Both the position numbers and the translations under genes were made by a program. Positions 13,381 to 26,199 of a DNA stretch of 64,000 nt are shown here, in pieces. The notes beneath the pieces are model-generated. The model was not told where the DNA came from. It searched no databases and saw only the letters and a program-made list of their open reading frames with translations. Origin of the DNA: Monocercomonoides exilis PA203 (taxonomy: Eukaryota; Protista; Preaxostyla). The first letter of the stretch is position 1, and each line of letters opens with the position of its first letter. The DNA lies in NCBI GenBank assembly GCA_001643675.2, contig LSRY02000022.1:620001-684000 (forward strand). Reading direction: 5' to 3'.

Positions 13381-13646
13381 GGTGGAAAATATAGACTTTC
13401 AAGCTTTTTATGCACAATGCATTAAAAAATCGATTCACTCAAAACTTTATTTTGCTTTCTCAGATTTCAAACAAATTGGTTTTTCTTATCTGTAACAAGT
13501 ATCATAGAAATCAAAACTTGAAGTTTTGTGACGTTCTGCTTATGTCAAAAAATGGAACCACTTTTGTTGTGTTTTTTGATCAAAAAAGGTCAATGAAAAG
13601 TGCAAAAATTTTCAATGAAAATGCCTGAAGTCAAATTTTTTGTCCT
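13381..13646. mobile_element. MITE family C (~266 bp)
   Basis: Imperfect TIR GACTTTCAAGCTTTT / AAAATGCCTGAAGTC, flanked by ATAT/ATAT. Relatives at 29651 and 42065. Confidence 0.75.
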
Positions 13647-13719
13647 ATATTAAGTGAAGGAAGTTTAGGAAATAGTGTCACATCACGAAGTGCTGAAATA
13701 ATGATATCTCAAAACACAT

Positions 13720-14640
13720 AAAAGATGTTACACTGTTTTCCCTTATAACAGAGACTGGAGATGTCCCAAATGCATTGAAAAAAAATCAGTTTATCATGGA
13801 ACTATATTTACGAACATGAAAATTTCCTTGGGCTCAACTTTGTTGATTTGCTTGTATTATTAGGTGAAAATTCCAATAAAAACAATTTCTTTTTTGCTCG
13901 GAATTTCTCAAAAGACGGTGTGTTTTTGGTGCAGTGTTGTAAGAGTCTGTTGTGCAAAAGAATGGAATGATAAACAACAAACAATCGGAGGCACTGAAAA
14001 AACTGTTGAAATCGATGAGGCTGTCTGACGGAAGAGAAAATATGGAAGAGGAAAATGAAAAGACCACGTTTGGATATTTGGAAGAGTGGAGCATCTCGAC
14101 GGAGGACAAGCTGTTAAATGATTAATGATTATTGTCCCTAACTGAACCAAGAAAACATTAATTCCGTTGATTCAGCGTTTTATTTTACCTGGAACGACCA
14201 TTATCTCGGACGAATGGAAGGCATATGCTTCGTTGGAGGAGTTGGGCTATCAACATTTAACCGTCTGCCACAAAAGAAACTTTGTTAATCAAGAAACTGG
14301 AGTATGTACTAACACAATTGAAGGATTGTGGTCCCATTTGATGTCATCTTTTCCACGGTTTGATACCAAAAAGAAGAATATTTTGGATAGTTTTGTCATG
14401 CCTCTTGTCAAAACCTCTCTCAAACTATCTTTTGAAGAGCAAATAAATTAAATTGCAGAATACAAAGAAGAAGAAGAAACTACAGAAGAAAATGAAATAA
14501 AAGAAGATGAAAAATCAGAAGAAATTGATGAAGAAATGCCATTTTTTGAAGATATCATTCCCAACGAAGATGAATTGTTCAAAGACGATGATATAGAAGC
14601 TGGAGACAATAAAAGCGCTTCAGACAATACACCATAGAAG
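13720..14640 (+). pseudogene. Merlin (IS1016/IS1595-like DDE) transposase, decayed
   Basis: WRCPKC..SVYHGTIF; IGGTEKTVEIDEA..RKYGRG..WIFGRVE; ILPGTTIISDEWKAY..HLTVCHKRNFV..TNTIEGLW; acidic tail. Several stops. Confidence 0.85.
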
Positions 14641-14962
14641 ACAATTTTTCATATTTGAATTACAAAATATTATTGATCACGAAAAACACATTAATAAAAA
14701 TGTTGAAACTTTCAATTTTTAATTTTTTATTTTTAACACATTTTCTCTCATATTCAGCATGCAAGACGATTGCAAAACAAAAAAAACTGATTCAATATTA
14801 TGCTTCTTTGTGAAGTTAAAAAAATGTGATATTGTTCTATTATGTAACAAATATGCTTGTTTTCTTTTTTTTTTCCGAATTGCTAATTGGAAAAGGAATT
14901 TTCATGAAAAACACGATATTCAGAAAAAAAAGTGACATTTTTGCTAAAGCAAATATGTAAAT

Positions 14963-15220
14963 GGGTTATTGTTTTGAAAAACATATTTTTTCTTTCAAAA
15001 ATGTCCGTTTGAAAATTTTACTTGAATAGCAACAAAAATACACAATAAATAATAAAAAGGCACACAAAAAATATTTTTATTTATATTTGAGCAAAGACAT
15101 TTGTTCGAAAATCAGTTGTAAATAATTTGGCAATTGAAAACAGAATATTTTCACAAAGATTAAACAGTCTTTGAAAAATAAATATTCCGAAAAAAGTTAT
15201 GATTTCAAAAGAAATCACCC
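14963..15220. mobile_element. MITE family B (258 bp)
   Basis: GGGTTATTG...GAAATCACCC with a direct AAAT/AAAT TSD. Confidence 0.7.
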
Positions 15221-15545
15221 AAATGCAATAAACAAATTTGTAATTAAAAAATATTTTTTCACACATAAGGATGATACTGGGTATAAATCCTAATATGAAT
15301 TACAAAAAAAAAATACTTATGATTGAACTTCCGTCTTTGCACGTTAATATTTTTTTCTGATAAATATATGAATGGGATATTTAAAGTCTTATCAAATGAG
15401 AATAAGAATTGAAATGAAATTGTAAAAATTGTTAATTGAAGAAATGTTAGCGAAAAGATTTGCAATCATCTACATTCTCTATTGAAGAACGATTGCATTG
15501 TTCTTAATTAAATATCTCATTGTTTTTCTAACAATTAAATTCAAA

Positions 15546-15630
15546 ACACACACACACACACATACAAAATAAAAATAAAAATAAAAATAAAAATAAAAAT
15601 AAAAATAAAAATAAAAATAAAAATAAAAAT
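15546..15630. repeat. Compound microsatellite (CA)n + (AAAATA)n
   Basis: Directly visible tandem repeats. Confidence 0.9.
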
Positions 15631-16033
15631 TAAAATATATTATAAATATTGTTAGTGTTAATTATTGTGGACACTTTCAATAACTGTGGACAATGAATAT
15701 TATTGTGGGTTTGGCCATTTTTTTGGTTTTTTGCAGTTTCAAAAATTATCAGTTTTAACAATGAAAATAGTTTTTTTTTAACCATTTGACGTTTAAAAAA
15801 AAAAAGAAAAAAATATTCAAAAATGTAAACATAATGGGAACAAATCACATGAATGAAGGGTTTGATCGATTGAAACTTTTTTGTGATAGAAAATTCATTG
15901 AAAAAAAACTTACGAATCATCTGTAGATTTTGCTTCGGTTCATGACAAAATAATTCAGATTTTCAGTCCAAACACGGCCGACACAGTTTTCAACGAAATA
16001 TCCAATGAATCACCTTCTAATAACTTTGAGTTA

Positions 16034-17881
16034 GTGAAATCTTTACATTCATCAATTTCAATTCATTCTCCAGCCAAAGATTCGTGTCGCATGACAGTGT
16101 TTATCACTCCTTTTGGAATAACAAGAGTTGATTCAATATTGAATACTCCTCTTGAACAGAAAACAAAGCTAAAAGGCAAACCTTTGTCGATTGATGCAAA
16201 AGAAGAAGAAAAGCTAGTCAAACTATGCATTCAAAAATATGATGAAGGAGATCCATTTACACAAAGGACATTTCCTGATTATGTGAATCAAACTTATGAA
16301 AAAAATTTAACATACAACTACAGTCGCTATTTCTCAAAAAGACATCAATCAAATCTTAATGAGCAAATTGCAACTCCATTAGAAAACAAACGGTATGTTG
16401 TTACACAAGACAGTGGATTAGAATACAAAAATAAATTGACACAAAAACTTGATGGAATTAGAGCAGAGCTAATATTCTGTATGGACGAGACAGGCGTCCA
16501 AGAGTATGTAGATTCGAAAAAAAGAAGAGTGATATGTCCAAAAGTAATTGTTAAGGGAAGTGCAAAATTCAAGGTTAATCGAGACAACAGATTAGTATCT
16601 GTTATTGGTTGCATCCCATTAATTGGATTTTCCGTTAAACCGATGCTACTGATCAAAATACAAACAATTGATGAAGATACATACTCAAAAGTTATTTTAG
16701 GACTCGATTTGGAAATTAGATCATCTCCCAAAGGCTACAGTACATCTATAGCATTTATCAATTGGATCAACGATTGCTTTTGACCTCACATAAATAAAAT
16801 ATAGACAAATATCAACGAAAAAACTCAATTACTGACTGATGATCATTCATCCCATTCCTCGCAAGAAGCAAATGACTTATTATTGAGTTATATTATTGAT
16901 TTGTTTTTTATTCCTCCACATTCTTCACATTTATTATCTCCTTTTGATCTTATCACTTTTATTATTTTTAAAAGAGAAATTCGAAGATTATCAACAATCG
17001 TGCCATCAACAACTCAAGCTAAGCTAGTAGATAACATAGTGCGAAGCTATCAAACGGCTACAGTTCCATATTTAAATCGAGCAGGATTTCTAAGAGTTGG
17101 AATATCTATCAAACGAGCAGGTTCAACCTTTTTTGGTGAATAAAACACACAACACATCGATAAACAAATAAACCAAATGAATTCAGGAGACAGACTGCAA
17201 GACATTACAATTGAAAAGCCTTCAATAATGAATTACGAAAATTTGGATTCATGGATATATGAAAATGCAAAGATGCTTTCCAAGGCATTTGAGAAAAAAC
17301 GAATCAAAATTGGATCTGATAAAGATTTGTCATTCACGAGAAAAAGAGAAGATCAATCAAATTCAAAGCATGTTTTAATGAAACGAAAGAATAACAAAAA
17401 ATACAAGTCGAAAAAAGACAACACGGAGAGAATGGGAAAGATTGAAAGCAACAGAAAAAAAATCAAATTCAATGAGCAAAGAGGTTATATTCACCATTTC
17501 GATGACACTGACTTACAAAGGAAAAAAAGAAAGGCGTTTGAATTAACAAGCGAAAATAATTGCAGACATAATAGCCAATGCCAATTTCAGACCAACGATT
17601 TCACCACAATATTTGCAAACCAAATAGAAACAGAGATTGATGATATCGATTGTGAACATTGCGATGGCAACAATATGAACATCAATTTGGAATTGATAGG
17701 CAATGATGAGACAGAAAATTGTGAAAGTGATGATGATCTTGTTCAGAAGGATAATGAAAAAAGAAAATTAGAGCCCAGTGATGAATGCAAATTCCCAGTA
17801 TATCACACAAGAAGCATTCGAATTCAAAAATACTCGAAAATCTATCAAAATGAACTGGAATCATCTGAGGATGACATTTGA
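16034..17881 (+). pseudogene. pogo/Fot-type DDE_1 transposase (DD35D) with basic/acidic C-terminal extension
   Basis: ORFs 16034, 16883 and 17177 are in one frame, broken by stops at 16781, 16802 and 17141. Motifs IFCMDETG, LLTDDHSSH, FIPPHSSHLLSPFD, with 35 residues between D2 and D3. Confidence 0.85.
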
Positions 17882-18854
17882 TAAATAAAAGTTGTGAGAG
17901 AAAACTTTAACGACAATATATCATCTTCATAAAATATTAGAGATTACCAACAAATAAAATCATTAAGCATTGAAGCTATGTTCATTTACAGAAATTTATA
18001 TCATCCAGAATTCTTTAAACAGTTATTCAGACAAATTAATGTTAGTGTGCTCTTCACAGTATTGTTTATTTATGTTAAAAAATTTATTCTTTTTTCTTCA
18101 AGAGTATCTTCTCCTTTTCTCAATTTTCCCATATAAATATTTTATATACATTGTCACAGATGCATCTGACAGTTCAACAAAGTGCAAATGGAAGACCAAA
18201 AAACAAAATAAGCAACAACCATAGTTGGATTCATATTTTGAACCGACTTACTAATGAAACATCGAGAAAAGCGTTGATTAATACAATTTGAGGAAAACCG
18301 AATGAAGAATTGCAGGTTTGTCAAGAACTCAAAACATATTTTGTTAATAAAATTACAACATATTGATTTATTTGTTTTTCGATTGTATTGCATGAATGAT
18401 GAAAGACAAAAATTTGGAAGAGTTTTATCATGATAGAATGAAGCATATGATGAAAACAATGTTGAAGTGAGCACGTTAATTACAAGCTGATGTGGTGAAT
18501 TAAAAGTTGTTGATGATTTGAAGAATAATATGACGAAATAGTTGATTTTGAAGAAAAGAAAAAGGAAGGCTGGAAAGTGGAACCAAAAGAGAATAAAAAC
18601 AAACAGAAAAACCTGCTTGGAATTTTTCTCTGCAAAAGCGTTCTCGATTGAAAGTGAATGAAAAAGGAAGTGGAAATTACACACAAAGCTGCAGAACAGA
18701 ATTCGCATTTGGTTTCTTAAATTAGTGACGCATTGTTAGTAAAAACGAACAATCTTACGAATAAAAAAAAAAATGGAATCTATTTTATAAGGAAAGAAAC
18801 AATGCCAATCAAGTTTCAATGAAGCCGTTGCTCAAGTGAATGCTTAACAAATAT

Positions 18855-19094
18855 GGGTTATTCTTTTTGAAAAGTCGCAAATGTTTAGTTTTCAAAAAAA
18901 TCAAAAATTATATATTTTGCTCAAATATCTGTTTCCACTCACGAATCCTCTTTGGAACGAATGAAATAGCATAATCAAGTAATATATTCCATATTGGTGC
19001 AGTTTGGTATATGAAAACAGAAATATGAGCAAAATATGATATTTTTGATTTATTTGAAATTTAAACATTTGCGACTTTTCAAAAAGAATTTCCC
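18855..19094. mobile_element. MITE family A (240 bp)
   Basis: GGGTTATTCTTTTTGAAAAGTCGCAAATGTTT...AAACATTTGCGACTTTTCAAAAAGAATTTCCC, TSD ATAT/ATAT. Confidence 0.9.
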
Positions 19095-19199
19095 ATATAA
19101 AAACAGATGATCAAATAAAATAAAAAAGCCTCCAATAAAGAATTTTATGGAATGCAGACATTTTGAGTTGCGGAGCAAGTATTGTTGTATTCAATGCTT

Positions 19200-21050
19200 T
19201 TTGTATCTGATTTTTTTTATTCTCATATCTTTGTTGGAAAACTTCAACTGTGTATCAGTATCTTTTGTTATTGTTGTTATGCAACTGCGGAGAAAGACAA
19301 TTCTGAGTTGAATTATCAATTTTAATTGTTGCTGTCTTTATTTAAACTCTATCTCAAAGACTTCTTTAAGATTATATTTAGAAAAGAATAAGCAACGGAG
19401 TGATTGAACGAGGAAGTGTGCGGGTATCTGAAAGTTGCCGATAAAGATGTATTGGAATGGTGCAAGAAATTCCTCCTTCCATTCTTTTTGTGTACAAACG
19501 ACTGATCATAAGAGTTAATCTACAGCAGTATCTTAAAAAACAAACATTTACACATGTCTGTATATTTATTAATTGAATTCCTTTGTTTCGAATAATTTTT
19601 CATAACCTTATTGAAATTCATTGATAGTTTTGAACTTTTTTTCCATCCAATTCTAACATTATTCAAGTTTAATATTTTGTGATATTAATGTTTTCGATTC
19701 AACTTGCAAGGTTTATCTGAGCAGTTGAGGATCTTATCATTGTTATGCCAAAGGAATTATTAATTTTCTTTTCTTTTCTTTTTTCAATTATTTTTTCCCC
19801 TAAAATTTTTAATATTTAATTATTGATCGATGTTTTGTTATTCATACAACTTACGCTCAACTGCCTTTTTCTTCGCTTTTCTCGATCAGTTATAAACTGC
19901 AATACGAGTGAATGAAACAACTGCAACAGTAACTGCATTGATCCTCAGATCATTCCGAACTGGAGTCTGTGGCACTCGCGCAAATGAGGGAGCGTACTGG
20001 ACAAACTGAACAAAGAATTCACAGTAGACGCATTTCTTGGGCGATCTTGTTTTGTCACTGCAATTAACAAATGAACCAGCAATTAAAGTGTGAAGAAATG
20101 TTAGATGCGGAACGAGTTCTGAGAAATGGTTTTCGACTTGGAACTTCTATTCAATTAAATTCCGAATGGCTTTTTCAAAGATGGTATCAAAGAAAAAGGC
20201 TAGCAGGGCTTGGAATGTGTGAGCATGGATGAAGTGAGTTCAAGCACCAATTTGCATGGCTGTGCTATTAAGAAAAGAAAAAAGCAGATATGTTGGAAAA
20301 AGCAGATAATTCTGTGGAAAAATTCGAAAAAGTTGGATACTGCAGTTAAGCACTCATCATTTCGAAAATACAAATATCATGAAGAATTATTCAACTATGA
20401 CAATAATAGTGATTTCTGTCTTGCAGCTTTCATTGCATCTAAATCATCATTGTTCTTCTTAATGAGTTGATGAAACTCGTGTTCTTGCAGTCAATGAGTG
20501 AGGAGCTAGAGGAGATTAGATGAAAAGCTTGCTGAATCATTGGATTATGACTGCAATCTTTTATTAACCATCAGCAAAGAGGTTGACAGTACAGCTGAAC
20601 GTACTCCATCGAACAACTTCGAAATGGGAACAGACGAGAACAAAATAAAGACTGATCCGAAATTTGTTACGATTGCTGTTATCACCGCTGCTATTGATGA
20701 TTCTTTTATTGAAAATGTTTTGAAAATAACTGTGTTTGGATCTGCTGTTTCAAATGAATCTGAAACCGCTGTATGACGATATGGAAGACATAGAGAGAGA
20801 ACATTGTGGTGATGACGGGTTAAGTGAAGGAATCTGCTTCTGTGCGAATGGAGAAGAAGAGGGAGAGAAGTGGAACACGGGAAAGATGGAAGATCGAGAG
20901 AAGAGGAGGGTGTTGAAGTTTGTTTTATAATGGTGGTGGAAGAAGCAAAGGGAGGAGAAGGGATGAAAGGAGAAAGTGGTCAACAAACAAAATTAGTGTC
21001 ATTGCAACATTTTCAAAGAATAAGTAACCTGTCATCTTTGAACCCAAAAA
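19200..21050 (-). pseudogene. Unidentified degraded coding-like sequence inside the pogo TIRs
   Basis: Elevated GC, Ser-rich broken frames on the minus strand; no motif recognised. Confidence 0.3.
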
Positions 21051-22299
21051 ATTGATGAGAATGCAGAAACCGATTCATATTCAGAAAACAGTATCGATGA
21101 AGAAAAAAGATGTGTGCTGAAAGAGATAAATGAGAAAAAGAGAAAGAAATACAAAGGATTATTAAAATAGAGTGGAAAGCAAATGAAGGAAAACCAAAAT
21201 ATTTGACAAAAAGCTGTTGTTGTTGATATATCACTTTTGTAACAACCCCGAAATAATGTTCCAACAATGACATTGTTTTTTCAAACTGATTATTTATTTC
21301 GAAATTTTATTCGATCATGTTTATTTTGAATACTTTTTTTTGGTTTTGTGATGTTTATATATTTTTGAACGTTCTTTTTTATTGTTTGATCATGCCAATT
21401 ATGTTTTTTTCTTGTTTGATATTATGTATCTGTTAATTCAATTAGAAAAAATTACTTTTATAAAATAGTGTCGAATTATTTTTTATCCATGGAATCTTTA
21501 ACAGTATATGTTTTTCTTTTTTCTTTCCATCTGATTAAGTTTATTTATTGAAATGTTTTGTTTGCAAAAATGTTGAAAGAAAAACCATTGGTTATTTTTG
21601 TCACATTTTATAAATTGTTGTTTATTTTTTTTCTTTTGCATTGAAATTTTTTGTTTTTTGTTTGGTAATAATATATTATTATTATTATTTTCTTTTCGCA
21701 AAAAGAGTTTGTCTCATTGATTTTTGATTATTATTCAGATAAATGTGACATTTTGTTTAAAGTTACTTTTAAATTTGCATAAGTGGAATAATTTTCAACA
21801 AAGCAATTGATTCATCAAGATAATGAAACTGAAATCAAATGTTTGTTGGTTGAATCAACTACAATGCATCATGCATATAAAATCAAAAAAATTATTATAA
21901 AAAGAAAAATAAATTTTTTTATTAAATCCTTCAAAAATTCTGATCAAATTGCCTCACGATAAAAATCATTGTCCACAGTTGTTGAAAGTGTCCACAATTA
22001 TTAACACTGACTACAACAAAAAATATATAAAAATACTTGAATTTTTTCGGTTTCGATTTGATTCTTTGAAAGGTCTTTTTTATTGTTGAAATTCATTCAT
22101 TGTGATAAAACATTATTGACTTTTTGCTGATAAAAATTTATATTTTTCGTTAATTCGCTTATTCTCACATCCCAGCTTAGTCCGTCTATATCAACAAAAA
22201 CAATATTTCCTCATTTTTATAATAAAAAATTATCAACAATTATTCACGATGAAGAAAAAAAAATTTTTCTGATAGGAAGAAAAGTATTTATGGAAAAAT

Positions 22300-23000
22300 G
22301 ATTGGAATGAAGATTGACTGTGGAGTCATAGCGGAAAAAAAGACACTGCCGTAACTGTTGTTTTATTGAATCCAAGGGCAAAGCCCATGTTTTAAAAATT
22401 GGTTAAAGCGTGCTACACTTCCTTTGATTATTCGCAACTTGCAGTCCAAATTATGACTGAAATAAAAGATTTACACGGAGAAGTTCGGTTTTTTTGCACA
22501 GACGGCTTGCTTCCTCAGAAGCTTGCAATTCAGAGCCTTTCAGAAGAAACCACAACAGCAAAATCTTTGTCATTTTACAAAGGAACACCACCAATTTTTA
22601 TTTATTGTTGCAACCATTTATTAAACTTAGTTGTTTCTCATTTTTTCAACAACAACGAATTCTTTCGAACACAGAAAGATGCAATTATTTCATTTACGAA
22701 ACAAGCGAAGGTGATTTCCCGAAGGCAACCCTCAACACCAAAATGCCCTTCTTTCATTGAAACAAGATGGCTTTGCATTTTTGATATTTGTTTTTTTATT
22801 AGAAAACATTTTCATGATGATATTTTTCCATAATTACAGGAATTGGTTATTAGCGAAAATGTGATCAAATGTGAACTACTATTATTTCATCTTTTAGAAC
22901 TTCAGTTTTATTTCGAGAAAAATGAAACGGAGTTGAGAAATATATTCATTCTAATTCTGAAAGCATTTGCGCGCTTTGTATGAATGTTGGAGCTTGTATA
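22300..23000 (+). pseudogene. hAT-like transposase fragment
   Basis: FFCTDG, IYCCNHLLNLVV (CxxHxLNL) and CPSFIETRW (TRW) motifs in ORF 22399-22833. Confidence 0.7.
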
Positions 23001-23879
23001 ATTTACCAAAAAAATCAACAGTAGTGTTTGTCAAAAATATTATTTTAATTGTTGAATGTGTATTTTTTTCAAATGATACAAAAAATTATCTGTCTGATTT
23101 TTATATTCATGCCAATTTGTTATTATTATTAATGATGCAGACTATTTCATGGTAATAATCATTCAAATTTATTTCATGAATATGTCAACATTTATTTATT
23201 TTGAAATATTTTCTGATTATAAAGAAATTTAAGAAGATATTATGTTTGAAAAAAGAATTTGAATTTTGTCAAAAAAATTACCAGGGAAAAAAGTAATTCA
23301 ATAAATCTATTTAATCTACAACTTATTTATTCTCAAAGATCCAATTTATTATTTCAAATTCTCCAAAAGTTATGCACTTCAACAAACTTTTCTCATTCTT
23401 TTCTTTTTTTCATCTTCAACTTTTGCTCTATCCAAGAATTGTTGTGAAAAACATAATATTCGATCATCCAAAACAATCAATATTCAAAAAATTTCTCCAA
23501 TTAAAAACATTCAAACTTTTCAATGTTTTAAGTTATTATTAATTCCTATTCACAAAATTGAATTATTTTTTTCGTTTTTACTAAAGGCTGAACAATTTTC
23601 GGACATTGAATAAAAAAGCAGCTTTGAGGAATTATGGATATGATGAATAAAATTTTCATTATTGTTTTTGAAAAAGGAAATTAAAAAAATATGACATCAA
23701 AAATATATCAATAAATTAAGTTAAAATGTAATTTTGAGATTATTTTTCTGATATTAAAACTTTATTGCAATTCTCACCTGACAAAAAGACAATTTGAATG
23801 ATGTTTATTTTTCAACAAAATTTTATTATTGTTGATATCAAAAAATCGAAAGAATGAAAGTTTTCCAAAATATTAAATA

Positions 23880-24450
23880 GTTCCATCAAAAACTCGAGTT
23901 CGGACTTGTTCTAATTTATTATGTACGATAGAACTTCATTTAAAAAGATGGTTGAGAAACAGTGAATAACAACTTAAAATGTGTATCTCATTTTTATTGT
24001 GGAAATCAAAAATTCTTTTGTGTTCGTAACATGGACAAAAAAAAAAAAATATTGTTTGGTGAAGAACAAATGATTTCAAATGTTCCCAAAATGTTATTGA
24101 TAGACATCAGGATATAAAGATGCAATAATCAAGAAAATGAAAACTCCACTTGGAACAACTATTGTCATTGATCAAATTATTTCATATTAAAATTCTTATT
24201 CAAAATATTTCTACATTTTCTTGGTGTTTGAAAAATGACTGCGGGACTTTGGTGAAAAAACCATTAACGTTTGGAGTTAAAAATAATGGTATTCTATTTA
24301 TCAAAATGTTGGAAAAAGTGGGAAGATGCAGAGATCGACGAATATATATGGATAAATGAAAAAGTGGAAATTGAATAAAAAAGGACAAGACATGGACTAA
24401 TGGTAGAGTTGAAAGGTTTGAAGACGGACAACAGGATATTGCTTCATGAT
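23880..24450 (+). pseudogene. Possible MULE-like transposase relic
   Basis: Scattered motifs across frames: PKMLLID, KLFHI, WTNGRVERF. Heavily decayed. Confidence 0.25.
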
Positions 24451-26199
24451 TATTGTTCTGAAAAGTATAAGATATTCATTGATATGAATAATGCAATTAT
24501 CAGTTCTTCCTAAAACACTTTTTATATTAAATGAATGGAGAGGACATTCGTGTTTGGAATCTATTAAATATGGGTGTTAAATAGTCAGTCAAAAAAAAGA
24601 AAGTGTGAAAAAAGAGACGTGTGATGACAAAAAGCACGATTGAAAGCATACGATGACATCTTATAGAGTCACTTCCACATTTCGGAACAAAAAAAATTTC
24701 CATATCTGATAACATCGCAATGCATTTGGTGAAATCCTTAAAAAAATTTAACTTTATTAATATTCAACATCATGGTTCATAATTTAGAATAAAAAAAGGA
24801 TCAGAATGGATTAGATGTTATGATAAAAATAAAAATAAAGATAACGAAATAAACAAAGATGTGACATATGTTGAATGTATAATGGGGAATAATGAAACAA
24901 ATGCTGATTTTAAAATACAAGTGGAATATTCATTTGAATGTTTATTTATTATATCAGATAATTTCAATCCAATATTTCGATTAATGAATATGTATCGAAT
25001 GTTAATAATGAGTGTTAAAAAAAAATAATGCAATTAATGGATTCAATAATCAAACATTTATCTCAGATATTGGCTAATGATAATAATTTAAAACTTTTTC
25101 ATTTGAAAAGAAAAAATTCAGCAAATAACCTTGTGCGGAGAAATATTCAGCACCCCGAAAAAATTTTTGATTTCTAAAATTATCACTGAAAAAAATAAAA
25201 TTAAAATTTATTTCTTTCTTTATTATTTTTGTATTAACGAAAATTCGTGAAAAAATTATTTTGTGAATTTGAACTGAAATACTTAAAAATAGGTTTTTTG
25301 CAATTATCTGAGAATGATAAACATAAATAATTATCACAAAAATATGACTTTCAAATTTCGAAAAATAAACTTTTTTTTTATTAAGAAGTGTTGAAAATAA
25401 GCTGAATGATGGATACCTCTATCCATGAAATGCTTTGTGAATAAAAAACTCAATTTAAGAAATGTTTTTTATAACATGAAAAGCGGTTTGTTGTTAATGC
25501 TGTTCTTTTTTTAAAAGCGAATGAGATTTTTATGTTTAAAAAGTTTTATAAACGAAGTATCAAAGAATATATAATTATTGAAATGGGATTAAAAAAAGTG
25601 TTTCTATCAATCTGATATTCATTTCGTTTTTTTTGAAAGAATGATTAAGAACAAAAACATGTATCTGTTGGTTATGATATTTATTGATATTTAGTGATGT
25701 TTCTTTTGGAATAAGATATGATAGAAAATAATCCTGTTGTGCTCATTCTTTCAGAGTCAAATAAAATTTTGAAAATATGTTTTAAACAAGGTTATATTTT
25801 TATGAAATAAGTGTAAATGTTGGAAATTGAATTGAGATAAAAAGAAATTAATAAAAGAACTTTTAAGTTGAGTTCTGAAATCAAAACATAAATATTAATT
25901 TAAGAACAACAACAGATTGAGAAAAACTCATTTTTTCAAATTTCCCAAAGGAGCCAAAGATGATTTGTATGAATAATCCGATTGATGTTGTCACTCTGTT
26001 TGAAGTCTTTATTTGAAAATACTGTGAGAATGCGAATATGACACATATTTAGAGTTTCTAAAGTTCTTTTTTGAAACTGTTGGTTTCTCTTCACATCCGA
26101 GGATTAAACTTTTTCATTCATCACCATTAAGTCTTGCTTTAGCCAATTCAGAAAATTTGATATTGAGAACTTTTTATTCTTCATCATCAAAAACGTGAT

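Larger units (their letters stand above)
15651..22011 (+). mobile_element. pogo/Fot-like DNA transposon delimited by ~46-bp TIRs (6.36 kb)
   Basis: GTTAGTGTTAATTATTGTGGACACTTTCAATAACTGTGGACAATGA (15651-15696) versus its reverse complement at 21966-22011. Same TIR core on the MITE at 42368-42769. Confidence 0.65.
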
